Assembly (NCBI RefSeq): GCF_027921745.1
Contig: NC_079240.1
Span: 682,001-746,000, forward strand
Source of the DNA: Schizosaccharomyces osmophilus
Taxonomy: Eukaryota
Length of the DNA: 64,000 nt
Direction: 5' to 3'
Part shown: one piece after another, positions 62,697 to 64,000 of the stretch
How positions within the stretch are numbered: the stretch's first letter is position 1
Layout of the letters: every line of letters starts with the position of its first letter
Position numbers and translations under genes: made by a program
Notes under the pieces: model-generated
What the model saw: the letters and a program-made list of their open reading frames with translations, nothing else
Database searches by the model: none
What the model was told of the DNA's origin: nothing

Positions 62697-64000
62697 TTAA
62701 CAAAAGAATATGAAAGCCAAAGTGGTAAAGACAAAAGCGAAAAATAATGTCTCAAATGAGGGAATAGCCCGATGAGAAGAGGACATTGTAATGAGACTAT
62801 GAGAACCAGCAAAAGAGCGAGTAGAATAAGTAGGAGAATAAAATGAAGTGTAGACGGTAGTAGTTTTTTCACGAGCAGTACTGGGCATGACAGTTTGATT
62901 AATTGTAGGCATTGTAAAGTCAGACAATTTTGTATGAGGGTACAAAACCATTGGATATCCATGAGTTAGTGTAGCGGTAATATTACCTCCATGTCCAACA
63001 GTTAAAGTTCGATGTCCAAATACATCGGAAACAACCTCATTTTCGTTGTACTGAGTAGGAACTTTGTAAACAGTTCCATTATCTTTGATGCCAAGGTTGT
63101 TATATAGAAGGAAAACATCGCGCTTTTTAGCTGCCACATGATTCACATCAACGTCCACAATGTCATAAGTATCATGAGTAAATTTGGTATCTTGTTCCAT
63201 AACGTGTTTTCGGAAATTGACTATAGTTTTAATCATAGTATAGTAAGGATTAGTTTGATCATAACCAGAAGACCAAAGAGCTTCACGATTGGCAGGATCT
63301 GTTCCACCATAAAAACCTTGTTCTTGCCCATAATAAACAGAAGGAATACCGTCCCACAGAAGAGCAAAACTGTACGCGGACAAGATAATTGCTTGATCAT
63401 CAGTATAAGAAGCATAACGGGGCAAATCGTGGTTATCCAAAAAAATAAGCATACCCCCAAGATCAGCCTTTGAGCAATTACCAGTGGTAACCAATTTCAT
63501 TTGATCTTGAAGTGTTTTGAAACCCGCTGTCGGGGCAAATTGGTCATGAGCCATAAAACTAAAGTTAAAACCCAAACGAACAACATAGTTGGTTACACCC
63601 AAATGGTAATTCATGTAATCACACATGACATTTGGATCGTAATCGAAAACCTCACCGATAGCGAATACACCGGCAGAATCGACAAACTCTGGAAAAAATG
63701 TTTCGTTCATCATCTTCACAGCATCTATACGAAGACCGTCATATCCCAAATGATTCACGGCTTGTTTAATATGTTTATTGAGGTAAGATTTAACAGAGGA
63801 GCTTTCCACATTCAAGTCAGCAAGAAGTACACCAGAATTTTGCCAGCAGTCTTGAATATTTGTCCTATTGTTTTTGTTCCAGTCAATGATACAATAAGGA
63901 TGAAAATATTGTGGGCCGTTAAAAGGAGAGACTTTGGAATAATCAATTTGGTCGTAAGGACCAACCAATGCCATAGAGTTAACAACGGTATCAAGCATAA
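62697..64000 (-). CDS. aah3: GPI-anchored GH13 alpha-amylase homolog; 5' end lies outside the window
   Basis: DTVVNSM, DGLRIDAVK, GEVF, FLDNHD and GIPSVYYGQE motifs, an S/T stalk and a hydrophobic GPI signal. Confidence 0.88.
   Translation of the reverse strand, partial: MLDTVVNSMALVGPYDQIDYSKVSPFNGPQYFHPYCIIDWNKNNRTNIQDCWQNSGVLLADLNVESSSVKSYLNKHIKQAVNHLGYDGLRIDAVKMMNETFFPEFVDSAGVFAIGEVFDYDPNVMCDYMNYHLGVTNYVVRLGFNFSFMAHDQFAPTAGFKTLQDQMKLVTTGNCSKADLGGMLIFLDNHDLPRYASYTDDQAIILSAYSFALLWDGIPSVYYGQEQGFYGGTDPANREALWSSGYDQTNPYYTMIKTIVNFRKHVMEQDTKFTHDTYDIVDVDVNHVAAKKRDVFLLYNNLGIKDNGTVYKVPTQYNENEVVSDVFGHRTLTVGHGGNITATLTHGYPMVLYPHTKLSDFTMPTINQTVMPSTAREKTTTVYTSFYSPTYSTRSFAGSHSLITMSSSHRAIPSFETLFFAFVFTTLAFIFFC

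Noticed and set aside
1..64000. LTR retrotransposons, CRISPR arrays and prokaryotic defence systems
   Set aside because: The sequence is eukaryotic. I saw no recognisable LTR, RT/integrase or repeat-spacer array, although degenerate solo LTRs cannot be excluded by eye.

Overview
This is eukaryotic, intron-containing DNA from a fission yeast. It is Schizosaccharomyces but not S. pombe itself, and most likely belongs to the S. octosporus/osmophilus/cryophilus clade. From memory, gene order is collinear with the S. pombe chromosome III SPCC1020/SPCC1393/SPCC2H8/SPCC63 block: xap5, emc6, oca2, tyw1, HAD hydrolase, tal1, dcr2, rpb6, mmt1, spc7, pma2, spt2, rps15, fta4, ers1, ipi1, mug4, fil1, gir2, ctr4, ten1, mrpl20, DUF89, a phosphate transporter, dbl1 and aah3. 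The window also holds five tRNA genes and one dispersed 5S rRNA gene. The most interesting locus is an accessory island at about 46.0-48.7 kb. There the 5S gene lies next to an atypical two-exon, multi-pass membrane gene with wtf meiotic-driver-like features (PY motifs, DLEKG-LP-Y, a short in-frame repeat, a forkhead/FLEX promoter), followed by a possible decayed divergent gene. Other notable points: four GCN4-style uORFs upstream of fil1, apparent absence of gnr1, an extra Gre2-like reductase, inverted identical tRNA-Gly genes, and a tRNA-Pro with an acceptor-stem mismatch. Gene names rest on recalled protein similarity and synteny, not on database searches.
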